Shown: positions 1 through 11,812 of the stretch, in pieces | Position numbering within the stretch: position 1 is the first letter of the stretch | How the letters are laid out: every line of letters starts with the position of its first letter | Source of the DNA: Iphione sp. A-MEVVRFRX5 | Taxonomy: Eukaryota | DNA length: 64,000 nucleotides | Assembly (NCBI GenBank): GCA_976226885.1 | Contig: OZ320316.1 | Coordinates: 57,908,001 to 57,972,000 of the forward strand | Reading direction: 5' to 3' | Notes under the pieces: model-generated | The model's input: the letters and a program-made list of their open reading frames with translations, nothing else | What the model was told of the DNA's origin: nothing | Database searches by the model: none | Made by a program: the position numbers and the translations under genes

Positions 1-3000
1 GAAAATGATAGGGGTGCATGAGCGATCCAGGCTTACTAATCTCGCTAGTACCTTTCTTACGCTGAATATAATGATGGATTGCATCTAAGAGTGGGGCATG
101 TCGCAGTCTCTCCTTGAGCTTCGCTGCAATATTTTACTTTGTTGGTCATGAGGGCGAGGGCAAATAGGTTTATGGGACCTAAAGTATTATGTCGAACTCA
201 CTTAAAACTTGCCATGTCACCAGCCAAGTTGGCCTGCGATGCAATCATCTCTTCCGAATATGTATATTATTTTAGTGGAATACATTTATCATGTAGAAAG
301 TCAACTATTTTCGTCTTTTCTTGACCAAATACTCCACGGTTTAGTCACGCAGCAGGTGCACACGTCTTATATCTGAATTCTCTCCATAGATCGAAAGCAA
401 TTTTTAGTCAGGTCTATATATCTCCATGGTGGAAATTCATTATCCGCACTTAGCATAATAATTCATTTAATAACATAAAGTTGAAAATTACGTACAATTT
501 GCAAGCATTTTCTTCCCCGCTTTATTAGATTAAAAGAGAATTTTATGTTGAGACTTCGATGTACCACATTGAGTGTTAATGTAGACTACTTGTATAGTTC
601 GACATAATAAAACACGTGAACCACCGATTCTCTGGCGCTTTCCCTAAGGGAAACTGAGCAGGTGGTGTTGTTAATGAATCGTGACCTAGTTCTAATTATT
701 GTGTCACATACAATGACATTCAGAGAATGCAAATAAAAAAGAGAAATGTGTATTCTTCTGTGGAGCAGCAAACCTCCAACAAGAAGTATGTGTAATGTAA
801 ATGTACACAATGGTGAGATGAGAGAAGGATTAATTACATGTGCGATGATTACAGGAGGTAAAACTGCGATGAAATGAAATGAGTCACGGTGTGGCTTTTT
901 TTAATTTACATAATGATAATCCACCACAAAAATATATATCGACACGGGTTTAGTGAATCTCACGTGACCTCTGCACAGTGTTTTTTTATCATGTGACACG
1001 TCAGAAATGATAATACATGTACATGTTTAAGGTAATAATTAGCAATCATGCCCTGTAGAGGTTGACCAGGAAAGTTTGATAGTGTAAAGGTATATATTTT
1101 CCGCTTAATATCATTAACAAGCTGCCAGAATGAAACAACACGCTTGCGACCGTTATTTTCGGGCTTTCTCTGAGGTCATAATAGTTTGATTTAGTTCGGA
1201 CACCTGTGGATGGAGATTAAAGAGCCCGCATTATTTGTCTCGTTAATTCCCGCGGCACGTGCTACTCAACGAGAGGCCGTGCTAAGGGGGGGCGACTCTC
1301 CCCTTGGAGACGTTGGTGAAGTGAATAGCAGATTTGGAGGCGTCGTTCAGCAGAGCATTTGACGCCATCGGAAGGCCAGTGGCTTTAGGTGGTGCCCGGG
1401 TGATGGACAGCCTCAGAGTCTGCTCTTCGCCACCAGCCTTATAGACTTTATTTCTGCTTGTGTCTTCAAAGTTACATTACTTACCATATTTGGGGAAGAT
1501 GGGAGGGGGGGGGGTACAGCATCCGTTATGAAGATGGATCCTTTATTGGGAATGTAACTGATCACGTAAAATTTGTAGTAACCATAAAGTGTCCGAGAAC
1601 ATTCTTAACCTTATATTAATGTAATCATATTCCCCTCAGTGAAAGCTGAACTGTTACGTTTAAATATGCATCATTCAGGGGTGCTTACGGAAAAAAGGAA
1701 ATGAGGAAATTATACTCAATCGATAAAGAAAGCAACTAAGTTCCCATCATTAGCTTGGAGATCAATCTAACATCATGGCGAAGTAAAACTCCTGACGTGT
1801 TTCCTTTTTACGCCGTACAAAAAGTAAAAAAATGGACGTTTTAGACCAGAGATCGACCCGAGAGAGCGTAATTAGTTGTCACGTACAGATGTCTTTGTGC
1901 AATTAGCAAACCAAAGCACCATTCAAGGGCTGCTCAGATAATGAGATGATTTTTCTAGTGAGGGAGCCAGTACTGTGAAAATTAAATGTCATATCGGATC
2001 AAACTTCTTTTTTTTTGTAATATGTCGTTATATGCTATCAGGTGGTTTGGGGGAAAAGGACGGTATCGGCTGAAGACGGATGTTTCATCCTGAAAAAGAG
2101 AGCTTTTACAATCACTTAGGTAGTAAAAGAGAAAACGTTCAAGCCACATAAATGCCAATATAATAGTACATGTACATGTATAGGCTAAAAAAATTGATAG
2201 TTTCCTTTAATTGACCTATTACCGGGAAGCAGGTCCAACTTTTCTTATCTTTGACTACTTGCAATACTTACACATTTCCCAGCAACTATTCCTTGCTTGG
2301 TGATGTAGGATTGTCTAAAGCAAGGACATGTTGCAGTTTAGTCGGTTCAGCAATCAAAAGCAAGTGAGGATAGACAATATGCAAATATCCCAACGAAAGG
2401 TCAAATGTCGATACACATACAAATATAGTTGATGTATACCTGTTTTTGCCATCGTTATACAACATTTGTCATTTTATGAGGACATAATATGCGGTATTAA
2501 GCTCAACAAAAGCAAGACCTCCATCGTTAGTAGGTCTTATGTTATTCAGGTTAACAGTCCACTAGCGAGCTGACAGCCTAAGGGAAGAACCCCAGCAGGA
2601 ACACGGAACATTATTGCTCTTTTACTAGGGATCTAGTGCAAGTAGGTGGGCAGAACATTGCCATTAGATGCCATAGCTGACCTCCAGAAATAGTAGAGTG
2701 GACGAGAAGACGGCCAACCACATTCACAACTCAATTAAACGAGGTCAAATTGCTATCTTAGGGCACAATGAGTCATAGTACATTATGGTGTAGCCTTCGT
2801 GGCTGGTGTCACAGGGTTAAGATGGCCAAGGGGTGGGAGTTATCATATCCCAGACTGCCTAACTTTTACCATCGCCTTCTCTGGCCATTTTATGGTCACG
2901 GCTAACAATTTATACGCATAATTTACATATTCTTTCTGGAATGGGATTTTAGTCAAATTCGATGACATAGTCTCGCAAATATATATCATCGTAAGAGGCA

Positions 3001-4440
3001 CACCTAAGTCTTGTTATAAAGGAACAATTTATGGTAAAAAAAGTCTTATTATAAGGGAACACATTATGGTATAAAAGACCACTACCCGGCGTTGTGATTC
3101 ACAAGAATGGAGTGCATCTAGTATAAGAGCAAAGGCTGACATGCAGGGCCTTCTTGATAGAATAAATTATTATGTTCACAGGCACGGACTTTTTATTTCA
3201 CATTTGTAATTTAAATCATGAGATGATAAAAAGTGTCAGCATAGTAAGCCAACAGAACATATAACCAGAAATAGCATTTTCCTTTTGGTACGAGCTTCAT
3301 TATCTCAGTACAAATATGCTTTAAGTATAATGAATCCCTACCTACTTACTATGTGGCGCGGTCGATATGACCAATAAACGCGTAAACTACCACTACGGTG
3401 CAACTAATGCGATAGAGTATGTTCATTATAAATCACAATTACTGAAGGCTAAGAGCCAACGCCTGCTAGACAATGACTTAAGCTTCACCTGACTGGGCTG
3501 TCCATTCCATTCCACTGAACCATTTACTAGGCGAGAATGGAAATTAGCACACCTTAGCGTCTGTCCGTTCCCTCGCCGAGGACTATTGCTGCATTCTCCG
3601 CTTAGTTTTTAACGCCTGAAATGAGCAGATTAGTTCAACTTTCTTCGTCACTCTTAAGATGGTAGTACTCTATTCTCGACCTAGGCCGCTCCCTTCCTAT
3701 CACCACAACGGAATTACTGCACGACGTTGCTGATTGAGGGAAAATAGAGCTCAGTTCCCTGTTGGTGCCTACGCCTTCCTACAAGATAATGCAATCAGGC
3801 CGCAGGGCATAGGCCCGTGCGGGTAGAATGATGTCTAGAAAGGCCTCTTCCAGCACCTTGTGCCTGAAGAGGATTTAATGGCTATATATCGTGACCTGGC
3901 TTGGTGTGTGCGAACTAATTAGAAGTGTCAGAGTCTTCCTTGCTGTCTTCACCTAAGATCGTTTTACCACCAGACTGACCTTTGTCCTACTTGTCCTGAT
4001 CGCTACCGAGCGACGTGTATCCCATCAGCAATGTAACAGGAACACCGGGTCAGTTTGGAAACCACTGGCGTTCATTTGTGTCTAGCCCCACGTTCCACCG
4101 ATATTTGTTTTGCTTTTAGCAGTTTCCAAACAGAAATTTGGGAGACGGATCGTATATTCCGCGCAGTTTTTGCGTCCTAGATTTTGATATAAAAATATTC
4201 GCTTTCAATTTTTTCGACATTTTTCAATCTGATAAATATTTAAATCTCATTCAATACGAATACAAAGCTAGATGTGATCCATTCAGAAAAAGAGATGTAC
4301 GTTTGGACTAAAAAATTACACATCCTACTCCAGCCGTCTCAAAGACAAGTTATTATGGCCATGTTCTCACTCACCTCAGAGATATGCAGCAGAGGCAGCT
4401 TCCTTCCCAACAGCAAATGGTGTTCTCATGTGCATCCACT

Positions 4441-4594
4441 TCAATGCCGGCTAACAATGGTCCACACCACCAACAGAGCCGTGAATGCTACTGTTAGTAA
4501 GATAGACACCTCTCGGCCCGTGGCAGCCTTTTCTAGGCAGGACATGGTTAGGGTCGTGTATCGACAAGCTATCGGATCTAGCGTGGTACCCCAC
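4441..4594 (-). CDS. Candidate terminal coding exon ending in a GPI-signal or TM-like hydrophobic tail (WGTTLDPIACRY...KAATGREVSILLTVAFTALLVVWTIVSRH*)
   Basis: Lies within ORF 4441..4647. It has an AG acceptor at 4595-4596 (weak pyrimidine tract), small residues (AATG) followed by an 18-residue hydrophobic run and a stop, and a strong donor (GAG|gtgagt) further downstream near 4375. No homolog recognised. Confidence 0.25.
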
Positions 4595-5289
4595 CTGCAT
4601 CTCATAGTCCAGTGGGTACGACCGACAGATAAATCACCCTGGCACAATACTATCCACCTAGCTTAGAGACTTTTGGGTCGAGCAGTGGCAAGGACATCGG
4701 ATTCTTTACTTCCAATGTAACACACGGCAACAAGGAATGCTCACAAAGGGACACAACGCCATAATGAGATAACTGAAAACGTATTTTCGGAGAGCGTTCG
4801 ACTTTGTTGATGCATAGTGTCTCCTAGATGCTTGCTGTCGAATACTTTTTGCTATAAAGAGCGTAATGGTGTTGCAGTGTCGGGGCAATCCTGAAAGGAT
4901 TATGATTTGCATTCCACCTATGCGTGATTCAAACAATGATGAAATTTTAACCCTAAAGTCACAGCCCCTACTTGCTTGATTTGGTATTCTGGATCACGGT
5001 ATTTGTACCGGAAAAACATTCATCCATATTTAATGACACATAGGGGCTCTTTGCGTTAACGATTAAAAAAATATGAGGCCTTTCTTTAAAACCAAAGGAT
5101 AGTCACGGATTAGGCTTATAATCTATTCAAGTATCACTACAGGGACTACAGGTTTCCTTATTGAGTTACTTGGAATTAGTACGCATACATAGAATACTCC
5201 CCAATGTTGTAGATCTGAACAAATCCAACGGTTTTATTCTTTGCAATTCATTATTTAGAAGCACTGACGAAGACAAGCGAGAGAGCGGG

Positions 5290-5293
<4 letters not shown>

Positions 5294-5322
<29 letters not shown>
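5294..5322. repeat. (GA)n microsatellite, about 14 units
   Basis: Directly visible perfect dinucleotide run. It explains the ERERE/LSLSL low-complexity ORFs at 5161-5490. Confidence 0.97.
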
Positions 5323-5328
<6 letters not shown>

Positions 5329-7650
5329 TGCAGGAAGGAGGGAGAACCAACAGAGGCATATTCTCTCAAGGTGGGGTGGTTCACCACAGCAGGGGGTAGC
5401 TGCAGTGTCCGGCTTGACCAGGGGAGACAGATCGGAGGGCGGGGCCGCCATCCAAGCGGCACTAACGACTCCCATGCCTAGAGCGATCAATCAACCCCAA
5501 CATCGTGCACTCAAAACGCTGTTCATTTTTTCGTTCTGCTTTGAGCACCAAACTGTCCATTCATGCTGAAGTGGCGGTGGTCATGGCGCCTTTTCCGCTT
5601 CCATTGTGCATAGCTTTGACTACTTCAGACGGGACAGAATGCAGTGATTTTTGTGTGGACGCCCCCCCCCCCCAAAAAAGAGAAAAAACGTTATTGAGGG
5701 GGAAATGGAGGACATGAGCCCATATCTGGTACCGACACACAACGGTCTCTACCAGACACGTTAGATTTCAAGCTTTTGTCCGAAAGATGTTAATTAAACC
5801 TCTCTCGGCATGTGGTTTTATACGCTTCAGGAAGGCTAGTTTGAAATTCTGAAATATTCCCAACCGGGGAATTAATGAAAACTCATTAATAAAGTGCCAC
5901 TTAGGAGACTTTTTGTATAAGATAGCCCTGTCTTTCGGAGGGCTCCGGGCCCCTTGTCTCACGCCTTTCAGACGGGATTTGGCTCTCTTACTGGCCGTCC
6001 ATCCGTTTTGTGTGCTTGGAATCGGGATAGCATTTGTGTAAGCCCTAGAGCTCAGAGGAAATGTCAAAGGCTAATACTCTGTCTTGCGAAGAAGGGGATG
6101 CAGGTGATTACATCTTGATGTTAGTTTTGTCTTGTCCCAAGGCGAAGTGGGCTAATCCATCATGTTATTGTTATAACTACGTAGAGGAGGAGCTTAACGG
6201 ACGGCTGGGCAGATGGAGTAGTCATACGAACAGGTGCTGTATTACTTCTTCGATATCCATCAAGCTCATTCTGACTCGAATATTCCAGCACCACTCCAGC
6301 TCTGGTCCTGTCCCAAATCACCCCACATGAATCTCTATCCTCAAATAGAGCAAAATCTTAATAATGAATTACTTGTCATAGTTCGACTGAACATGTGAGA
6401 GGAAGGGAGACTATAGTGCCACGGTAACAAGAGTAACTGGATTTAAAAGCGTAAAAGACGCAGTGATGCTTGCAGGCTCAAAGATGCAATAGAGGAATCG
6501 ACCAAAGTAGCACAAACTTCAAACGTTCCCGACCGCCTTTCTGTAATTTTTAAGGAATGTCTCCATTTGTTTCACTTCCGATCATTAGTTCCTTCTAGAA
6601 AGGAGGAATGTACAGGTAAAATCGAGTTCGATGGGCCTTTATCTTCGAAATGTGTGACGCTGATAATAATGGATGAACAATTATCAAAGGCACTATAGGC
6701 TTTGCTGTAAAGCCAGAGCGAAGGTTGATTAAAATAGTCTCAGGAGCATTATGGGGGCATTGCGCAGGCTTCATCTTCTAAAGCTCTAAATAATTAGTAT
6801 CTTATTATCAGTTTCAGTTGCATTCTAACTCGTTATTTTAAGTTCAATTTTCTTTAGTGACCTTCTCTATAATGATGCAGTTTCTCCATATTAGAGATAT
6901 TTGCTTCCATAAAACGGGGAGTCAGTATCCTATTTATCGTGGGGGGAACATATGAGTATATTGCTCCTCTGTAACTGGTAATATAAAGACAAACGCAGTC
7001 AGATTGCTTGATTAAGGGTATGTGTCTTTCATAAAAACACCTATGCATGCAACATTAATGTTTTTTTCAATGTGACAGATATGTGGGGCTCCGTTTGTAG
7101 CATGTAGCTATTGCATTTGACCTGAATGTTTTCCCAACCTGTCTCATGTTGCAGGCACTAAAGGCAGACACCCTTTGGGCTGACACTACTTGATCTTACC
7201 ATTTGGGCCAATGGTAGCCTGCTTTGGCTTTGTGTAAATAACGGGTGCCGGTCAAGGGTCGCTACGTGCTAGACTGTCCCTTGTCATGCACTTATACAGT
7301 CAGGTTCCTGGCTTAGGACCGGCTAGATGTGGTCTTCAAATACGACGGCCGGCTGAAACCTGTTGTTATACTTGACAAGAAGCAGTCGTCGTCAGTGATA
7401 TTAGACTTTCCTGTTTCGAAAATCCAAGGGAATTCAATCAGACTAACAGGGATTAGGTTATTTTGCACATGTTCCGAGTGATATCAGTACGTTGGACAGA
7501 ATTAATAACAGATAGTCACTAAGATGGAATAGAAGGGGGAAGATGTATAAATAGCTAAAATTGGAGTATATATGCCCACATTTATTTAGTAATAAACTAC
7601 ATTGTCTCCAATATATTTTTTTTTTCCTGATGACTATCGAGAGTATTAGT

Positions 7651-7830
7651 GAGTAGTATCATAAAATGTGGTTTTAGCACGTAGCCAGGATCTTTGGAAG
7701 AAACGGTTCTGAGTAGTATTATAAAATGTTACTTTAGCACGTAGGTAGGTTCTTTGGAAGAAACGGTTCTGAGTAGTATTATAAAATGTAACTTTAGCAC
7801 GTAGGTAGGTTCTTTGGAAGAAACGGTTCT
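7651..7830. repeat. Tandem repeat, 60-bp unit x3
   Basis: Units start at 7651, 7711 and 7771 (gagtagtat.ataaaatgt..ctttagcacgtag..agg.tctttggaagaaacggttct). Units 2 and 3 differ by 1 nt; unit 1 is more diverged. Confidence 0.97.
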
Positions 7831-8734
7831 GATTTGTATAAGTAAAGTGAACCTTGCACATTAAGCATAGATTGGGACGAACAACAATCGGCCTCATTGA
7901 ATGGCTTACCGTGCGGCCAGCTATCAAATTTAACTCTATTCAGAGGTATCTTTGAAAATAATTGGAAATGCATTTGCAACCAATTTGACATCAAACGTGT
8001 TCTTGTTGCAAGCGTAGACGTCTCCAAGATTTCATTAATGGTCTACTCGCCATTTTATGAGAACCAGATTGTTCGTGATTCTTTGTAGAAATTTATACAG
8101 AACTTCTCTGATTAATGGTCAGTGTCTTATGAAGGTATCAAATAATAGTGTCTTTTTACATCAGTTTAAGGGCGGATTCAAGTAATGATGAAAAGAAAGT
8201 CAGCGCACAATTACATCTACAATGTGATCGGTATTCACATTTCCGACAGGAACAAAGAGTGGTTCTTGGATGCAATTTAGCCACATGATATCAGTTTAGG
8301 AAATGCCATTGTACTAAAGTTGACAGTCTCCAATCAGGACGCTCCCGGTTCTTTGCGAAACAGTCCCTAATTGAGACATTACCCTCTTAAGGACTTCTTT
8401 TAATATTTTACAAAGTGAATCTGTTTTTTCCCAAAATGTTCACTGTTACAGGTATAGAGGTAAGTTCCACTGTGAGTTCACCGAAGAACCACTGCTTTAA
8501 AGTAAATAAATACAGTATTTACTATGGATGAAACATCCTGGTGACATTTTTTCACTCTGTCTGGACGAGTATAACCAATGGTCATGGTATCTTGCATAGG
8601 GCGATGTATATCTCACAGCTGTGTGTAGACGGGTGGCCCTATAATTTTTTAAGCCAGGGTTTCGTGCTATCTGCTATTTATAGTTAAGGTCAAAGTATTA
8701 CTCCCTTCTGAGATTATTCCATCTTTTCGATTTA

Positions 8735-9066
8735 GGCCTGAACAAAAATTATCTACGTTTCGGTAACTCGACCGACCCTATATTAGACACTATTGTGACT
8801 TTTCATTTTTTTCTTGTTTTTTTGAATAACTTTAGAATGGATAGTGATAGAGACATGTTCTATACACCAAATTGTTCCTTAGGTTACTGACCTTCATTTC
8901 ATAAGTTTTATTAAAATCTAACCAGTTTAAGTAACATTACCATACATATCTGATGCTTTCAGGATCTTTTTACCTTGAAAAAAAATAAAAAATAAAAAAA
9001 TGTGACCTACCGACTGACCCTGTATTTTTTCAGCTTGTTACTGGAAACACAGAACTTTTTTAGGCC
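8735..9066. mobile_element. Non-autonomous MITE, PIF/Harbinger (Tourist)-like
   Basis: TTA flanks both ends (8732-8734 and 9067-9069). Imperfect TIRs both begin GGCCT: left ggcctgaacaaaaattatctacgtttcggtaac, right reverse complement ggcctaaaaaagttctgtgtttccagtaac. The interior is AT-rich and non-coding, and a related internal segment recurs at 57181-57302. A 3-bp TTA/TAA TSD is the established PIF/Harbinger signature. Confidence 0.65.
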
Positions 9067-11557
9067 TTATCATTAAATAGCAAAAAATATGTATTTATGA
9101 TAGCTAGACGGTAATCAAGTGAAACAAACAGCTCTAATCAAAGTTGTTCCTACCAATGGTATTCACGTTTAAAATGTAATATTAGACAAGTTATCTCATT
9201 CATTGTGAAATAATGTCTTCTTATGATGAATGATCAACACGAGTTCGGAAATGTCGAGATAACCTGTAACAATAAAGCCTTCCTCTATAATTTGGTCGCT
9301 TCTTTGATCTGAGATTATATGTGATTATTCATTTTTATTTTAAAAGGGCTCATTCAAAAGGACACTATTTGGAAGACCACTCTACTTTCGGTTTGAAAAG
9401 AAACCATCTTGAAATATCATAACCCAAGTTAATAACCAGCCAAAGTCGTATCCATGATTATTGATCGAAATACTTTTCTGCGGTTTAGATGAAAAGATGA
9501 ACATTCAACACGGGGGTACACAGGAAGCGTGTCAATAGTACTGTGTGTCAATAGTAAGCTTGGTGTTTCCCCGCGATTCTTTGGCACCGATATGCGTGAG
9601 GGGCAAGGGAAGTAGTCTCCATGACCTGCTGCTGCTGCTGCTAGTCGGTCGCTTGGTGTACCAACGCCTGGTTGAGAATTCCCCTTCATTACATGGGATC
9701 CAAGAGCATCAGACAAGAACTAGACCATTCAACAGACGATATTTGTGTGCCTCGGAGGAGGTGCTTTATTAATAACTGACCATTGAACGACGAATGCATT
9801 GAAGGCATTTTAAGTTCACGAGTCCTTTAAATAGCAGAATAAATAAATAATTAAAGTATTTAGGGATAAACCTGAATGATCTTCGTGCTATAGGATTCGA
9901 TTTTTGCAGCAAAGAGAGCATCAGTGGTTCGGGAATGTGGTAACTGCTGTAATGGATTCAGGGAAAGGACACCTTCGAGTGACACGCCGCTTCTTTTGAT
10001 AGAACAATCTCGTTTGTTTATTTTTTCAAAGTAACTTCCTTAATATCAATACACCCGGTCCTCTTATTTTCTGTTTAGGTGCGTAAAGGCCTTGTACATT
10101 CACACTAGACCTCCTTTAACTGGATCAACCTATCATAATTGGTCCCCATTTTAGAGGATGGCACTATCAATTAACGGTCCATATTGGTGATTATTCTGTA
10201 ATCTGAATGTCTCATTTATAAGGTTTGGTCAGGTTTATTTCTCAAATTCTTGCGGGCAGTTACAGAGTGTTTCATGTGAATGAAGGAGAAACTTAGTACA
10301 TCACTACTAACAATAGTCATGTTGACATTGTACAAAGTAAAGTACTTGTACGCACAGTATGCATGTATGTATGAACTAATATATAATATTTGCGTACGAC
10401 TATATACAGAGTAACGTACTATTGTTACCTACTGTTACTTGCATAGCTGCTTAGTCGTTAATGTTGGCATTTCCAATGAGTGCGCACAAGCGAGTTCTTT
10501 ATTATGCATTAACGAATCTAATGATTGCACTTGGCAGGACCGTATCACGTTCCTGATTTCACTTTCGCCCATGGCTATCCGTCATTGATGCCGCCTCCCG
10601 GGCGCCCACCGGCCCCTTTTGGGGCGATGCAGTGGGTTGCTCGGAGTAGCTCGTTGATTGTAAATGGAGAGTTATGATTGGGAACGAAGGAGATCCCACG
10701 TCTAATTGCTTCTCCTAAAACAAACCCGTCCCATACCAGCGGGCACGGACCATGATTAGCCCGCAGAGGCGCATAGAGGGAATTAAATGGCTCAATACCA
10801 TTGCTGTGGCGATCGCCATCTTAGATCTCGTGATGGGACAACCGTGCACGCAGGCTTAGTGTGATCGGCACGAACACCGGCGCCTCGCTTTCGTTTCAGT
10901 CACAAGTATACGGACAATGCCTGGCTTACCTTTCCCGATTTTAGGAAAATTAGGACATCCGACAACTCTACAGACAAACATACACACATCAAGTTAAACA
11001 AGTGTTTTCTTTCTTTTTAAAACTACAGTTTCACCAGTATTTTCTTCAATACACGTACCACTAGACACGAACGTTGCTTAAGCATTTGGGTGTGATCACT
11101 TTTATATGCCTCAGTACGGTATAAAAGTCGCCTGTTTAATATTTCGAAGATTGGTTCATTGACATAGTGCCTATAAAATACGTAAAGAGATTGAAAGCCT
11201 CACTGCTAAAGAAGACTATTACAAGCTGTATCCCACCATATTGAAAGTTGAATCACTTACTCTGGTCACGTCCTACACCGACGCCATGTGGAGCTACTCG
11301 TCAAGAGGAGAACTAGGTGCATGGCAGCCCGTCTTTCCCTGCTGATCAATACCGCAACATACCAACACTGAATGCCTGCTGATATCATGAATGGCAGGTC
11401 ATTGGACAGACGCCATGGGGATCTAACCTATCTTGTTGTTCCTCATTCGTATGTCCCAGACGGTAAGCATTGAATGTGGGACATAAGAGGTATTTTTTCT
11501 TTGTGCCAACTAGAGAGACTGCTGTATGATTTGATTTACAAGAATTGATTAGTTTCA

Positions 11558-11812
11558 TCAAGTCTTCATAATGTAGGGGTCAAGCTTCGTTAGATGCATG
11601 TCATTTCTCCAAACTATTTGTACGTAACGTTTCTGGCTGCATACTAAATAAGTGTCCATGAAAATATTATGTAAAGACCTCAGTAATTCGTGCCGCGCTT
11701 TAACTAAACAAAGGAGCTCGTTCTTGTCATTAGGATGTAATTTGTTTCTTCGTTTTGGCGGCTTGAATCTATCGTTGTCTAGTACATTAAACAAAAGAAA
11801 GCAGTGGTCCAT
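11558..11812 (-). pseudogene. Possible Myb/SANT-like (MADF/MSANTD-type) DNA-binding domain fragment, perhaps transposon-derived
   Basis: The ORF contains KRRNKLHPNDKNELLCLVKARHELL...VW, resembling by eye the helix-1 pattern (R..nF...E...Ll.lv.....lL ... W) of Myb/SANT-like domains. No database confirmation. Confidence 0.3.

Noticed and set aside
1119-1140. aagctgccagaatg resembling the miR-22 5' end
   Set aside because: Only the seed-proximal part matches and I could not find a complementary hairpin arm. Such matches are expected by chance.
5161-5490. Three overlapping 79-106 aa ORFs
   Set aside because: They are kept open by the (GA)n microsatellite and GC-rich flank, and the translations are low-complexity.
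6620-6676. EF-hand-like WAFIFEMCDADNNG
   Set aside because: The frame is bounded by stops on both sides (TAA 6617-6619, TGA 6674-6676), the loop is incomplete and there are no usable splice sites.
7651-7830. CRISPR-like array
   Set aside because: The units are contiguous near-identical tandem copies with no unique spacers, in eukaryotic DNA with no cas genes.
8451-8458. 8-nt micro-exon candidate (ttacag|GTATAGAG|gtaagt)
   Set aside because: The length is not a multiple of 3 and no host gene was identified. GTAAGT hexamers occur by chance every few kb.
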